Shown: positions 11,101-21,516 of the stretch, piece by piece
Layout of the letters: each line of letters begins with the position of its first letter
Numbering within the stretch: position 1 is the stretch's first letter
NCBI GenBank assembly: GCA_963665665.1
Contig: OY762428.1
Span: 5,120,001-5,184,000, forward strand
Direction: 5' to 3'
Length of the DNA stretch: 64,000 bases
Origin: Candidatus Kapaibacterium sp.
Lineage (GTDB): Bacteria; Bacteroidota; Ignavibacteria; Kapaibacteriales; UBA2268
Translations under genes and position numbers: made by a program
The notes under the pieces: model-generated
The model's input: the letters and a program-made list of their open reading frames with translations, nothing else
Database searches by the model: none
Told to the model about the DNA's origin: nothing

Positions 11101-12771
11101 TACGAAAATATCATAACCGCCTTTGGAAGTTAAAGTATCTTCGCCAAAGTGTGCATCTCCTTCGAAATGGCCTACAACATATACGTTCATGTCATCTTTT
11201 GTTACAGCGAGACTTGTTGATACGATATTATCCGGCCCTGTAAGGCCGCTTGCCCACTGATACAACTGCTGTTCGGAAACTTCTGCTTTGATAATAACAT
11301 TCTCTGCTTCAAATCCCGGATTCCATGTATAGGAAAGATTTCTCCTGTTATTAGCAATAGTATTCCAGCTTCCGCCACCATTGGTACTATATGAAAGATT
11401 TACAGGTACATCAGCTTCGACTCCGGCCCATTCAATAACTACCCTGTCGCATGTGGATTTTATTTCCCCGCCTTCAGGATTCGTAATCAGTACCTGCGAA
11501 TAACCTCCAATCAAAGTAGCCTGGGCAGGGCAGGGGCTTCCTTCGAACATAAGTGCTGCCTGCCTGAAATCTTTTACAGCTCCCTGTGTGAATTGAACAA
11601 CTACGTCATGTGTTTGGCCTGAGTCCAACAGGAAGGGGTAGCTGTCCACTCCGTCATCAATAATTTTAAAGTACTGCTCTGAAGGCAATATTTTAATTTC
11701 CTCGATATTCATTGCCGTTTGTTCCGGCATGATTGTTATGGTTTTTGATGGTGCTGAAGTATTTACCGGGGGATTTCCAAAAGCATTGATATCATCATAT
11801 ACTTCAATGCTTGCGATGCTGTTTTCCGGAGCCAGAAAAGTCCTGCTCACATCCCGGTTGTTTCTTGTAAATTTTATATAAACATCTCTGGTACGGCTGA
11901 ATTCATCACAGCCAAAAGGTGATTTCCAACGAAGCTCGCATATACGTTTGGACTGTATGTCGAGAGCAATATATTTGTAAATATTATTAAGCTCTTCTTT
12001 CGTATAAACCTCGTATGATTTGCCACCTGTTTCTTTGGAAATATATTCAAGTTTGGAATGCATAGGCATGGTTAACGTTATGGCATAGACCTGAATATTA
12101 TAATTGTTCAGGGAATCAACAATTTTCAACTGATCGGGTTCATGATTCGGGTTGCCGTCAGTAAGGAAAACAACAATTCTACGCATATCTGATGGCCGGG
12201 TTTTCAGCATATCAACAGCACCGACGTTTTCCTGAATAAAAGGCGGTTCGTATTCTGTTGCGCCAACAACGGGAATATTATTTAACGAATCAAACAGCCT
12301 GTCCTTATCATTAGTAAACGGACAGCGAAACATAGCATATTTACCAAAAGAAGTTAAGGCAATAGCGGTTCGTCCTTCAAAATGAATTGTGTTAATAAAA
12401 GCACGAACGCCTTCTTTAACCCATTTCCATCTGGTTTCGCCGGTAAGTGTGTCAATAAAACCCATAGAACCGCTCTGATCGAGTATGATAAGAACACTTA
12501 CTTCGGGATTTTTGACTTCATCCCAGCATTCTACTTCAAGTGATGCATTCATAGACTGCATATTTTCCGTTACGTTAAAATCATCAACGGCAATATCTTC
12601 ATAATTGTTGCCTGCTGCATTCAAAGCAACAAAACTTGCCCGGATCCACGGAAATCCCGATGCATCCAATTCAGATATAGAAAAAGTTTGAGATTTTAAA
12701 GTTCCAGAAAATTGAAAAAATAGAAATAGGGATACGAAAATTAATAAAGTAGTATGGCATCGGAAATTCAT
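8146..12771 (-). CDS. Large secreted protein: VWA domain, beta-propeller region, repeated Ig-like (choice-of-anchor D) domains, T9SS C-terminal sorting domain
   Basis: Signal peptide; MIDAS DQSGS...FLTDG; repeated F.P...G.R...L.. G.G Ig modules; C-terminus PNPA...LSSGVYMIKM. Confidence 0.8.
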   Translation of the reverse strand: MNFRCHTTLLIFVSLFLFFQFSGTLKSQTFSISELDASGFPWIRASFVALNAAGNNYEDIAVDDFNVTENMQSMNASLEVECWDEVKNPEVSVLIILDQSGSMGFIDTLTGETRWKWVKEGVRAFINTIHFEGRTAIALTSFGKYAMFRCPFTNDKDRLFDSLNNIPVVGATEYEPPFIQENVGAVDMLKTRPSDMRRIVVFLTDGNPNHEPDQLKIVDSLNNYNIQVYAITLTMPMHSKLEYISKETGGKSYEVYTKEELNNIYKYIALDIQSKRICELRWKSPFGCDEFSRTRDVYIKFTRNNRDVSRTFLAPENSIASIEVYDDINAFGNPPVNTSAPSKTITIMPEQTAMNIEEIKILPSEQYFKIIDDGVDSYPFLLDSGQTHDVVVQFTQGAVKDFRQAALMFEGSPCPAQATLIGGYSQVLITNPEGGEIKSTCDRVVIEWAGVEADVPVNLSYSTNGGGSWNTIANNRRNLSYTWNPGFEAENVIIKAEVSEQQLYQWASGLTGPDNIVSTSLAVTKDDMNVYVVGHFEGDAHFGEDTLTSKGGYDIFVSKFDTQEGGFVWSDRAGGRDGNDSAMGVCVDKMGNAFVTGICYQGAQFGTITPNIQEAGVPYCYVARYPAGGGYPKVTLLGAIDVYTKFEARGLRIKIDTIKDEIIIKGQYLNTYNYQGYSLPRSDRPAYFIATFNSDLRLSGLEKSNTDYPDWSSDTDYDSEGSRFQTGNFTNSIAFGNHTVNGEANTDSWVNKYGRVPGSEDISEAFDIIQPVLEFTEASPLDLGDCTLGDNCPVGFNQIVANIKNIDETIEGYRIVDKNGNPSSDFTLQDIAGTNLKAMSELNLEFGFAPQATGVREGTLIIDCDCAESISIDLIGNGVCSAQAVDTVDMGTQNTGFTKKQIETCIFKNTNPATIRIQPTIEGDNPGDFKVTFPDGTPCGTFPVEAGECVDLQVWFTPTVPGPRSAYINYNMPEGCQEPITYLIGVGINADILALPINWEDRKVLGTYDSVLVVNNNSVLNAAINSISLKGGADDSYFTIDTETGTVNANDKFEIPVSFKPVDERYYSATVVIDIESMDEPLEVLIEGTGVLPKINPTWICDNPVKPGETSTAYLRIENPSQSAPLYIESLAFETATSDYSWPGGTAPAGVTIDKEDFFDFPVDFTPQDAGTRTVNIIVKSDANTGAEEYPQVDLVEANCDALGVAVTNPVESGVALLCTTVQNIPVTVTNSGGSTELIVSDYYFTGADSTAFEVFISDDFAVPGGDDNTFHVSFSPTEDRDYSCFLHLVNSFDEELTAELKGTGDIIHLSVSDNLVAAEPSKYGKFSVYAEIQELANNPLTEMTLQIIYNPEMLSYNHVEGSSFKNKLSNWTWNDPFVESPGTLTISGSGTLNTSFDGHLFDVFMQYFLCDTDTSDVMLKPVHSDCETTAEKVTEAEIINICFRDGRLITINSDDYDLAPPAPNPAVEKSTLKFSVGLEAHTTIELVNTMGKTERVLIEEVLSPGKYELNLPIDELSSGVYMIKMISGPFRSSAQLVISK

Positions 12772-12979
12772 AATAGCTCCAAAATATCAGTTTGTATAGT
12801 TTCTTTCCAACAAAACACAGTTCTCTAATTAGTCCAGTTAATACAAATTTAAAAAAAAAATTCAAATACAATCTATAAACAGACAAAATAGGAGAAAGTC
12901 ACAAAAAAAAATCTCTTTTTTTATTAAAAAAAGACGATTATAAAGAATTATTATACAGAATTGTGAATAATTTTTTTTA

Positions 12980-14089
12980 TCAGGCAAGTACAGATTGTTC
13001 CTTGATAACAAGGTTGCACTTTTCGGCATCCATCTGAGCTGTAATTCCTATGGGTAATGTGATCTTTTTGGTGCCATGCCCAATAGGCATTCCGATTACA
13101 GTAGGAATGCCGAGTGGTTTAATCAACTGATTCAAAACCTGCTTGATAGTGAATGAACCACCGGGATAGAAAGATCTTTTGGTGTTAAGCCTTTTGAAAT
13201 ATCCGAATATAATTCCCTGAACGGAATCAAATTTTCCGGCAAGCTTAAGCTGTGTAAGCATTTTGTCAATTTTGTACGGGTGTTCGGAAACTTCTTCGAT
13301 AAATAAGATTGCATTGTCAGTATTTATTTCATAAGGGGTTCCAAGAGTAGCACTTAGCATAGAAAGATTGCCTCCGACAAGTTTGCCCTCTCCTTTTCCT
13401 TTAACTAAAGTAAAAGCACTGTTCGAGGAAGCTTTGATAGGTTCAAATTGTTCCTTGCTATATAATACTTTCCTGAAATAATTAGTTGTAAAACTATCAA
13501 AATCGCAAGCTGCAACCGGGCCGTGATAAGTTACCATATTAGTTTTAACATGAATGGCATTGATTAGTGCTGTAATGTCGCTGAAACCAACTATGATCTT
13601 CGGGTTATCACGAATAATATTGAAATCCAGCTTGTCAAGAATTCGCATAACTCCGTAGCCGCCCCTTCCGCAAAGTATACATTTTACGTCGTCTCTTTGA
13701 ACGTAATCCATAAATTCATTTGCACGCATATCATCAGGTGCGGAGAGGTATCTGCTTCTGGCTTTTCTGTCCTTTATAGTTTTACCGACTTCAATTTTAA
13801 AACCTGATTTTTTCAGCATTCTCAAAGCATGGCGCATCTCGTAGTAAGAGGTAGGGCTTGCCGGAGCGGTTATAGCCACAATGTCTTTTTCAGTCAGGGC
13901 AGGAGGGATGATAAGTTTGTTATCGGATAAAGATTTTTCCGGTTTATATTCAATCTCGGTATTAATTGAATCTTTTTCGTATATCTGATCCTGAGCATCA
14001 GAACGGCCGGAAAAAAGACGCCTTCCCGAAACCGCCATCGAGCCGAGTCCGAGCAAGCCTGTAAATTCCCTTCTGCTAAATCTTTTCAT
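12980..14089 (-). CDS. LD-carboxypeptidase (peptidase S66) with Tat signal
   Basis: SRREF twin-arginine motif; RGGYG, GFSDITA, GGNLS, IEEVSE and PIGHG motifs. Confidence 0.9.
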   Translation of the reverse strand: MKRFSRREFTGLLGLGSMAVSGRRLFSGRSDAQDQIYEKDSINTEIEYKPEKSLSDNKLIIPPALTEKDIVAITAPASPTSYYEMRHALRMLKKSGFKIEVGKTIKDRKARSRYLSAPDDMRANEFMDYVQRDDVKCILCGRGGYGVMRILDKLDFNIIRDNPKIIVGFSDITALINAIHVKTNMVTYHGPVAACDFDSFTTNYFRKVLYSKEQFEPIKASSNSAFTLVKGKGEGKLVGGNLSMLSATLGTPYEINTDNAILFIEEVSEHPYKIDKMLTQLKLAGKFDSVQGIIFGYFKRLNTKRSFYPGGSFTIKQVLNQLIKPLGIPTVIGMPIGHGTKKITLPIGITAQMDAEKCNLVIKEQSVLA

Positions 14090-14150
14090 TATACCTTCAA
14101 ATTTCTGAATAACTCAATATTTATTTCAGAATCAAAAACCATTCCTGTTT

Positions 14151-15782
14151 TTATTCGGTTCCTGGATAACGCTGATTAATATCGGATACAAATGACTTTA
14201 ATTTATTGTCAATATTGTTCATATCAGTATTATGAAGCGGAGTCAGGTTTCCTGAACCGGGGAAATCTTCGATATGAAGCGTGCTTGTCGGGAATGCAAA
14301 CCTGACTTCAAGAGCCTGTGCAAGCCTGATAACTTCATTGATAACCTGATGTCTGGCCTCTAATTCAGCGGTCCAGTCCGGAACATCAAAGAAAATGTAG
14401 AACAGTATTTCAATTGATGTTGCTCCGAGGTCGTTCAGATGTATCTGGTAATAGTCTTTTCTTGTATTTGGATGTGCTGCAATTATTTCTTTTAATCCCG
14501 AAACAAATGCGTCCAATTTTTCCGGAGGTGTGTCATACGTAAGCCCGATTTTGGAAACATAGCGCCGATATTGACGCCTGCCCATATTATCAATAGTCAT
14601 ATCAGAGAGTTTACCGTTTGGAATTGAAATTAGGGAATTGTAAAATGTCCTGACTCTTGTTGACCTTACTCCTACTTCTTCTACAGTGCCTTCATTTCCT
14701 GAAAATACAATCCAGTCGCCCACTTCAAATGGCTGGTCGGTGAAAATCGTTACCGAGCCGAAAAGATTTTTAATGGTATCCTGGGCAGCAAGAGCAAAAG
14801 CAAGGCCTCCTATTGAAATACCTGCCAGCAATGGTGTAACCGGAATGTCGATATTTTCCAGTATAAAAATACCGCCAAAAGCAACAACAAATATTTTGAA
14901 TGCCTTTCTTGCCAATGGAACAAGGTTGTCGTCTACAGTTGTGGATGTTTTACCTGCGAGTTTGCCAAGAAAATCAGAAAAGAGATCCGAAAGCCTGTAA
15001 ATTATCAGGGTTCCGGTAAACGGTATTAAAGCCCTTATCGCGTAGGAAAATATCATATTCATCTTCACAGGCAGGGTTAGTATCGGAAGAAAAAGAGATA
15101 ATAGAATAAGAACAAGTAAAAAGCTTAAGGGATTTGATATTGGCTGGATAAATTTATCGGCTAAACCTTTAAATGGAAGTTTAGATGCAATTCTTATAAG
15201 GAAAATACCAAAAATCCATCTGAAAAGATAGTATATCAGGAAGGAAAGAATAAAATAAATCACTATTCCTGCATATTGCCATATCTGTATTCCAAGAAAT
15301 TTGTTAAATGCAAATTCAGGCAGAATCTCTCTGAGTTCATCTATCGATATAGGAAAAGTTTCTGCATAAAGTGAAGGTATATGGCTAACAGTATGTTTGG
15401 AATATTTCCATTTCCCGTCTTTTTTCTCTAAATAAATATTTGGATAGTGATCAAATAGAATATATCTGTGCTTTCCGCTGATTGTATCAATATAATCTTT
15501 GTCTGTAGGAATATCATCCATAACAACAAACAATCCTCTTGCATCTAAAACAGCCTTTAGCTTCCTGGCAATTTTTTGTGATGCTTTAGATCCGGGGTTT
15601 TCGAGCCTGAATGCTGTAGAAGCTATACCGGGATTGTAGTTATCTTTCTGGAGGTTGCTTAAGTGAATATATACCGGGCCGTAGGGTGTTGAAAAATCAA
15701 CTTTCTTTTCAGAGGTTTCATCTGCAGATGAAATATTTGGTAAAAGAAAAAAAATTGCGAGAAATAAATATCCTATTTTCAT
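14151..15782 (-). CDS. MscS-family mechanosensitive channel with periplasmic N-terminal domain
   Basis: GGLAFALAAQDTIKNLFG, DQPFEVGDW, GTVEEVGVRST, FAFPT. Confidence 0.9.
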   Translation of the reverse strand: MKIGYLFLAIFFLLPNISSADETSEKKVDFSTPYGPVYIHLSNLQKDNYNPGIASTAFRLENPGSKASQKIARKLKAVLDARGLFVVMDDIPTDKDYIDTISGKHRYILFDHYPNIYLEKKDGKWKYSKHTVSHIPSLYAETFPISIDELREILPEFAFNKFLGIQIWQYAGIVIYFILSFLIYYLFRWIFGIFLIRIASKLPFKGLADKFIQPISNPLSFLLVLILLSLFLPILTLPVKMNMIFSYAIRALIPFTGTLIIYRLSDLFSDFLGKLAGKTSTTVDDNLVPLARKAFKIFVVAFGGIFILENIDIPVTPLLAGISIGGLAFALAAQDTIKNLFGSVTIFTDQPFEVGDWIVFSGNEGTVEEVGVRSTRVRTFYNSLISIPNGKLSDMTIDNMGRRQYRRYVSKIGLTYDTPPEKLDAFVSGLKEIIAAHPNTRKDYYQIHLNDLGATSIEILFYIFFDVPDWTAELEARHQVINEVIRLAQALEVRFAFPTSTLHIEDFPGSGNLTPLHNTDMNNIDNKLKSFVSDINQRYPGTE

Positions 15783-15878
15783 AAGCCTTTAAAAAAAAAT
15801 TGTCAAAGTCTGATTTCAAATATATAAAAATTTGTGTAATTTAATCTAAAACATACTGTTTCTTTTTGGAATACCGGA

Positions 15879-17831
15879 ATGAAAGTAATTATTACTGTTT
15901 CAATTTTTATTTTGTTATACTTTTTTTCTTCAATTTTTGGCTCGGAATATTTGTGGGGTATTTCCCATTTGTCATATCTTCCAAAGTATATGTATATTTT
16001 TCCAATTATTTTAATTCTTGTTTCAATTATTCCTAAATCCAAAAATTCATTGGATAATTATTTCAACAGAACAGCAGACAAAAAGTTATCACTCCGGATT
16101 ATTATTGGTTTGATATTTATATCATTTGTTTTATTTGCACAGGCAATTCCAATCCTGGGTGACGGATTTCTTAGAATCCGTAATATCGAAGCCGGTATGA
16201 TGATAAGCGGGGCAGAACCGGGTGATACATTCGTTCACGCTGTGGTATACAGGTTGTTAAACAACTTTGTAACTGTCAGCGGAGCAGCTGTTTACTCATT
16301 GGTATCACTGCTTTCCGGGGCAGGTTTCCTGATCTATCTTGCAAAGCGTTCAATCAGACTTTTTGACAACCATTCCGATCAATTATTTTTCATACTTATT
16401 CTAGTTTTTAATGGAATATTTTACCAGTTTTTCGGATATGTGGAATCATATTCAATTCTGATATTGTTATTGTCAATGTTGTTAACCGAATTAATTATTT
16501 CATTGAAATATATAGAGTATAATCTATCCATACCCGTTCTCCTGGCATTGGCTATTATTACTCATCCGGTAGCATTAATATTTCTGCCTGCTTACTTTAT
16601 TTACTTTTTTAAAATTCGCTTTCCTCTGAAAAAAATTATTATTGACCTGATAATAATGGCTGGTATTGGAGCCATGCTTGTTATAATGTCACTTATCGCC
16701 GGAAAAGGCCTGTTTGGATTTTTACCTGAACCGGGAGAAAATACTTTACTGCCCGTTTTATCTTCCGCTGATATATACGGAGCTTTTTCATTTTTTCATT
16801 TACTCGACATTTTGAATCTTTTGTTTCTGGCAGCTCCGGTTATAATTATAAACCTGCTTTTTGGGGTGGAAAAATATTCAAAAATCACTAAATCATTTCT
16901 AATTATTTCCATAATTCCAATTCTTTTTGTCTTATTTTTCAATCCTGCATTGGGATTTGCAAGGGACTGGGATCTTTTTTCCATAGCATTTATTCCACTT
17001 ATCCTGGTATTTTCTTTTCAGCTTGCACAAAACAAAGAGTATCGCATTCCGGGATTCCTGATTTTACTTGCTGTATTTATTCCATGGGCAGGAGTTAATC
17101 ATTCCGAATCTGCTTCGGTTAAACGCACAGAGTCACTGGCCGGTACTGATTACTGGACGAAAAAATCAAGGGCCAACCTCCATGATGAATTGTCACATTA
17201 TTACTATGAAAATAATGACAAAGAAAATGCCCTTAGAAATATTTATAAATCAGATTCACTCAGGCCCAATGAAAGACAAATATATAAAGCCGGTGTGATA
17301 AATTTTGAACTTGGCCGATTTAACCAGGCATTAAATGACTTTTTGTCAATTAGTTCAGCTGACTATGAGAAACAGAAGGTTAATGAAATGCTGGCAGTAA
17401 TCTATTATAATCTTGGTAATTTCGATGAATCAGTAAAATACTGGGAGAAACTTGTTGAATACAAACCAGATGATAAGATTAAAGCACTCAATAATATTGC
17501 AATGTGCCACTATACAAATTCAAATTGGATAAAAGCTATTGCAGCTTTTAAGGATATAATCAGTTTTGATCCGTTAAACAAAAGTGCTTTAAACTATCTT
17601 GCTGAAATATATTATAAAACCGGGGATACACGGAATGCTATCGTTATTTATAACAAACTACTGAAGATTGAACCATCTAATTCCGGATACTATTTTAACC
17701 TAGCTTTATGCCAGGCAGATTCAGAAATGTTCCGGGAAGCACTCGAAAATGCTGAAAAGGCTAAGGCAGCAGGATTTGATCCGGTTACTATAAATGAGTT
17801 TATTCGATCAGTTCAAGCAGCTGTGAAGTAG
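15879..17831 (+). CDS. Polytopic membrane protein with C-terminal TPR repeats
   Basis: About 400 hydrophobic residues followed by TPR-like repeats (ALNNIA, ALNYLA, YFNLA). Confidence 0.75.
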   Translation: MKVIITVSIFILLYFFSSIFGSEYLWGISHLSYLPKYMYIFPIILILVSIIPKSKNSLDNYFNRTADKKLSLRIIIGLIFISFVLFAQAIPILGDGFLRIRNIEAGMMISGAEPGDTFVHAVVYRLLNNFVTVSGAAVYSLVSLLSGAGFLIYLAKRSIRLFDNHSDQLFFILILVFNGIFYQFFGYVESYSILILLLSMLLTELIISLKYIEYNLSIPVLLALAIITHPVALIFLPAYFIYFFKIRFPLKKIIIDLIIMAGIGAMLVIMSLIAGKGLFGFLPEPGENTLLPVLSSADIYGAFSFFHLLDILNLLFLAAPVIIINLLFGVEKYSKITKSFLIISIIPILFVLFFNPALGFARDWDLFSIAFIPLILVFSFQLAQNKEYRIPGFLILLAVFIPWAGVNHSESASVKRTESLAGTDYWTKKSRANLHDELSHYYYENNDKENALRNIYKSDSLRPNERQIYKAGVINFELGRFNQALNDFLSISSADYEKQKVNEMLAVIYYNLGNFDESVKYWEKLVEYKPDDKIKALNNIAMCHYTNSNWIKAIAAFKDIISFDPLNKSALNYLAEIYYKTGDTRNAIVIYNKLLKIEPSNSGYYFNLALCQADSEMFREALENAEKAKAAGFDPVTINEFIRSVQAAVK

Positions 17832-18001
17832 TACCGAATATTGTAATATGTAATATCCATCTATCATAATTTTCTAATGATTTTAATAGTATTCAGCAGG
17901 ATAAAAAATGAAAATTGAAAATGAAGAATAACAAAATAGATGTTTATCCGTAACCATGTTTATTATATTAGTAAAATTTTCTTTAATAACCGGTATAGCA
18001 G

Positions 18002-18499
18002 ATGAAATATTTAAAATTATTAGTTCTGATACCAATTGTAGCTTTTATTTCCTGCGACGGAGGCCTTGAACCTGAACCGCCAACCTTCATCAATTTAAAT
18101 ATCCAATTTGTTGAAGGTGCAGCTGCCTGGCCGAGCCCGGCAGCAAATCCGGATCAGGATTCAATTTACGATCTCAGGTTTGTTGCTTTCAAATCCTATC
18201 CACCGCAGGATATTCTAACTGAATTATTAAGCGGCAATGCATTATTCTCTGAATCTCTTCCCTTATTTAAGGATTCGATACAATTTGATTTTCTTATTGA
18301 AGAAATACCGGTTGACCTTAAATACCTGGTGATAGCATGGCAATACGGAGAAAACCTTACAAGCGACTGGCGTGTGGCCGGAGTTTACACAATCACAGGA
18401 AATGTTGAAGAGCCGGGTGAACTGAATATTGATGAATCGGGATATTACCCGGTTTCGATAATAGTAGATTGGGAAAACCTGCCTCCTCAACCATTTTAA
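18002..18499 (+). CDS. Hypothetical lipoprotein
   Basis: Lipobox FISC; directly upstream of the TonB-dependent receptor. Confidence 0.75.
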   Translation: MKYLKLLVLIPIVAFISCDGGLEPEPPTFINLNIQFVEGAAAWPSPAANPDQDSIYDLRFVAFKSYPPQDILTELLSGNALFSESLPLFKDSIQFDFLIEEIPVDLKYLVIAWQYGENLTSDWRVAGVYTITGNVEEPGELNIDESGYYPVSIIVDWENLPPQPF

Positions 18500-18517
18500 A
18501 TAATTCGGAAAAATATT

Positions 18518-20689
18518 ATGAAGTTTCTTATTATTCTATTTACCCTGTTTTATACCGGACAAATATTTGCAGCCGATTTGAAGGGAATTATTCTTGAAGA
18601 AGAAACAAATACACCCATTGCCGGAGCAACTATTAGGGTGGAGGGGAAGGCCTTTGGTGCTATCAGTAACCGAGAAGGGTATTTTATAATCAGCAACTTG
18701 AAGAAAAGCAGTTTTACCCTGGTAGTTTCAATGGTGGGGTATGTAAGAAAAAGAGTAGAAATCAGTAATGATGATTTTGACAGGGAAATTACTATTGCAA
18801 TCACACCCAGCCCTTTGCAGACAAGTGAAATTGTAGTAACTGCAAATAAACGTGTTCAGGCAGTTCAGGAAGTACCGATATCGGTATCAATTTTCGATAA
18901 CAAACAGATTTTTGAACGCAGTATAGCAAAAGCTGATGAAGCCCTTGCGTATGTTCCCGGCCTTCAGGTAAAAAAAGGAAGTGTTGATATCAGGGGGGCA
19001 TCCGGATTTGCACTCGGAGTAGGTTCACGTGTTGCACTGCTACTGGACGGCTTCCCATATCTTTCTGCTGATAATGGGGATATGAAATTTGATGCGCTAC
19101 CTTTACTTGAAATTGACAGGATAGAAGTTGTAAAGGGTGCAGGGTCGGCATTATATGGTACTGGAGCGCTGGGTGGCGTGATAAATGTGATAACATCAAA
19201 ACCTGAGAAGGAAGGGCAGTTGAAGTTTCGTTCTTTTGCCGGGGTATATACCAAACCCCGCTATGAGCAATGGGAATATTCTGACGGATTCCATACCAGC
19301 AAATCAATTGAAGCAAGTTACAGCAAAAAATTTGGCGATCTTGGATTAATCGCATTCGGAAGCATTGGTAATGATCAGAGCTATCGTCAATACGATGATT
19401 CAAAAAAAATGTCGGCTTTCTCTAAATTGAACTATCAATTCAGCGATTATTTTAATTTTTCTTTTACCGGTTCATATGCCCGTGAAGACAGAGCTGACTG
19501 GGTATACTGGAACAGCCTGGATACAGCTACATTTCCGAGTAATCTTCCTGAAGATAGAAACAGGCTACAGTCGGATAAGCTAACGTTAACAGGACAGGGC
19601 AGATATTTATTTGACGGCGATAATTTTTTAATATTCAGAACCGGTTTGTTCAGAACTGAGCTGGAAACAGATCATGAGGTATCAGATAGTGACTACAGGC
19701 AGTCCGATGCTAATTCCTACAATTTTGAAATACAGATGAACCAGAAAATAAGTGACCAATTATTGTTGACTTACGGCGTTAATTTCAATCTTAACGAAGT
19801 GAAATCCCATACATACGGCAATGAGAACCAGAATATTTTTTCGGGTTATATGCAGGGTGAATACTCTGTTCTTGAGGAGTTGACAATGAACCTCGGGACA
19901 AGAATTGATTATGAAAAAACCGGCGATCTGGAAGAAAATCAGGAAATATCTCCTAAGTTCGGGCTTAGTTATAAATTTGATGAAAATATTAATTTCAGAG
20001 CCTCGATTGGAGCAGGTTTCAGGGCTCCAATGGTTGTCGAGAAATTTACTACGATAAGTTTTGGTGGATTTGACGTCATTCCCAATCCCGATCTTAAACC
20101 TGAGCATAGTATGTCTTATGAGATCGGCGGCAACTATGAATTCAATATTGGGGATTTTCCTTTCAAAGCTGATATGGCAGTATTTTATAATAATCTCAGC
20201 GATCTGATTGAACCTGAAATTCAGGGTACCGAGATAATTTTCAGAAATATAACAAAAGCAAATATTATAGGTTCGGAATTAGCCTTAGAAGGATTTCTTG
20301 GTTTTGCAGGTTTCAGGACAGCACTCACTCTTATGGACCCAAGAGATGAAGCGACTGATAAAATGCTAAAGTACAGATCTGAAGTATTATGGTATTCGCA
20401 AATAATGTTTCCGATTGGATTCGTGCAGTTCCAGGCTGATTACAGGTATATAAGTAAAATGGAGGAAGTCGATGACGAACTTTCGATTGCAGGAGTTAAA
20501 GATATTAATGCCCGGGTTCCGGTTCATATTGTTGATGCACGTCTTATATTTGATCTTGAAAAAATTGACTTTCTGCCGGTAAGGCTTTCTCTGAATGCAA
20601 AGAACCTGTTTGATTATTATTATACTGAGATTATTGCGAATTTGGGGCCGACTAGATTTTTATCTGTCCAGGTTGACGGTAAGTTATGA
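18518..20689 (+). CDS. TonB-dependent receptor
   Basis: N-terminal carboxypeptidase-regulatory-like domain; plug IDRIEVVKGAGSALYGTGALGGVINVIT; NPDLKPE; barrel C-terminus. Confidence 0.92.
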   Translation: MKFLIILFTLFYTGQIFAADLKGIILEEETNTPIAGATIRVEGKAFGAISNREGYFIISNLKKSSFTLVVSMVGYVRKRVEISNDDFDREITIAITPSPLQTSEIVVTANKRVQAVQEVPISVSIFDNKQIFERSIAKADEALAYVPGLQVKKGSVDIRGASGFALGVGSRVALLLDGFPYLSADNGDMKFDALPLLEIDRIEVVKGAGSALYGTGALGGVINVITSKPEKEGQLKFRSFAGVYTKPRYEQWEYSDGFHTSKSIEASYSKKFGDLGLIAFGSIGNDQSYRQYDDSKKMSAFSKLNYQFSDYFNFSFTGSYAREDRADWVYWNSLDTATFPSNLPEDRNRLQSDKLTLTGQGRYLFDGDNFLIFRTGLFRTELETDHEVSDSDYRQSDANSYNFEIQMNQKISDQLLLTYGVNFNLNEVKSHTYGNENQNIFSGYMQGEYSVLEELTMNLGTRIDYEKTGDLEENQEISPKFGLSYKFDENINFRASIGAGFRAPMVVEKFTTISFGGFDVIPNPDLKPEHSMSYEIGGNYEFNIGDFPFKADMAVFYNNLSDLIEPEIQGTEIIFRNITKANIIGSELALEGFLGFAGFRTALTLMDPRDEATDKMLKYRSEVLWYSQIMFPIGFVQFQADYRYISKMEEVDDELSIAGVKDINARVPVHIVDARLIFDLEKIDFLPVRLSLNAKNLFDYYYTEIIANLGPTRFLSVQVDGKL

Positions 20690-21508
20690 TCTTTGTTTGT
20701 AGATGTAGATAATACATGCTGAGAAAAGAATCAATCCGCCGAGAAGAAATCCAATAGCAGGTAAAATATCAATATCGGGCAAGGCTTGTTCCTCTTCTAC
20801 TGCGAAATACATTGCAACAACTACCATAGCATTATTTATTAAATGTAGAAATATTGGTACTTTAAGGCTTTTTCCGGCATACGCGCTTGTTCCGAGAAGA
20901 ATGCTTATCATCATCAATGGAATAAACTCCACTGGATTGAAATGAATGGAAGCAAAAATAACCGAACTGATACCAATTGCCAAAAAAGGATATAATTTTT
21001 TTTCAAGTGTTGATTGCAAATAACCCCTGAACATAAACTCTTCGCAGACAGCCGGGAATAATGCCCCGATTAAAAGGCTGATAACCAATTGCTCAGGGGT
21101 ATCCGCATTCAAAAGGTTAGAATATGCTTCTTCCACAATTTTTTCAAAATCCTTGTAGTATTCCATCATGAAATCAGGTATCAACTTTTCCTGGAGTATC
21201 ATATAACCTATTGCAAAAATCCTCATTGATGCCAGACCCCCAATTCCGGCAATATACAAATGTATTCCCGGCTTACCTCTTAACCTGAATATATCCTTCA
21301 GCGGGTAGGGGAGTTTAGATCCAAGTATAAGGGCCGGTGTAAGCAGGAAAAGTAACTGACTGAGTCCGATAACATATGGTAGAAGCTCATCACGGGAGTC
21401 CGGAAAAAAATATTCCAGAATAAGCCATCCCGGTATGGAATACATAAGTGACACAAGAACAGAGCTTACAAGTACGAAAAAAATAATATTGGAATTTTCT
21501 TTCTGCAA
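20684..21508 (-). CDS. CPBP (CAAX/Abi) family intramembrane metalloprotease
   Basis: EEFMFRG, FASIH, HLINN motifs; TTG start. Confidence 0.88.
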   Translation of the reverse strand: MQKENSNIIFFVLVSSVLVSLMYSIPGWLILEYFFPDSRDELLPYVIGLSQLLFLLTPALILGSKLPYPLKDIFRLRGKPGIHLYIAGIGGLASMRIFAIGYMILQEKLIPDFMMEYYKDFEKIVEEAYSNLLNADTPEQLVISLLIGALFPAVCEEFMFRGYLQSTLEKKLYPFLAIGISSVIFASIHFNPVEFIPLMMISILLGTSAYAGKSLKVPIFLHLINNAMVVVAMYFAVEEEQALPDIDILPAIGFLLGGLILFSACIIYIYKQRS

Positions 21509-21516
21509 ATCAGGCC

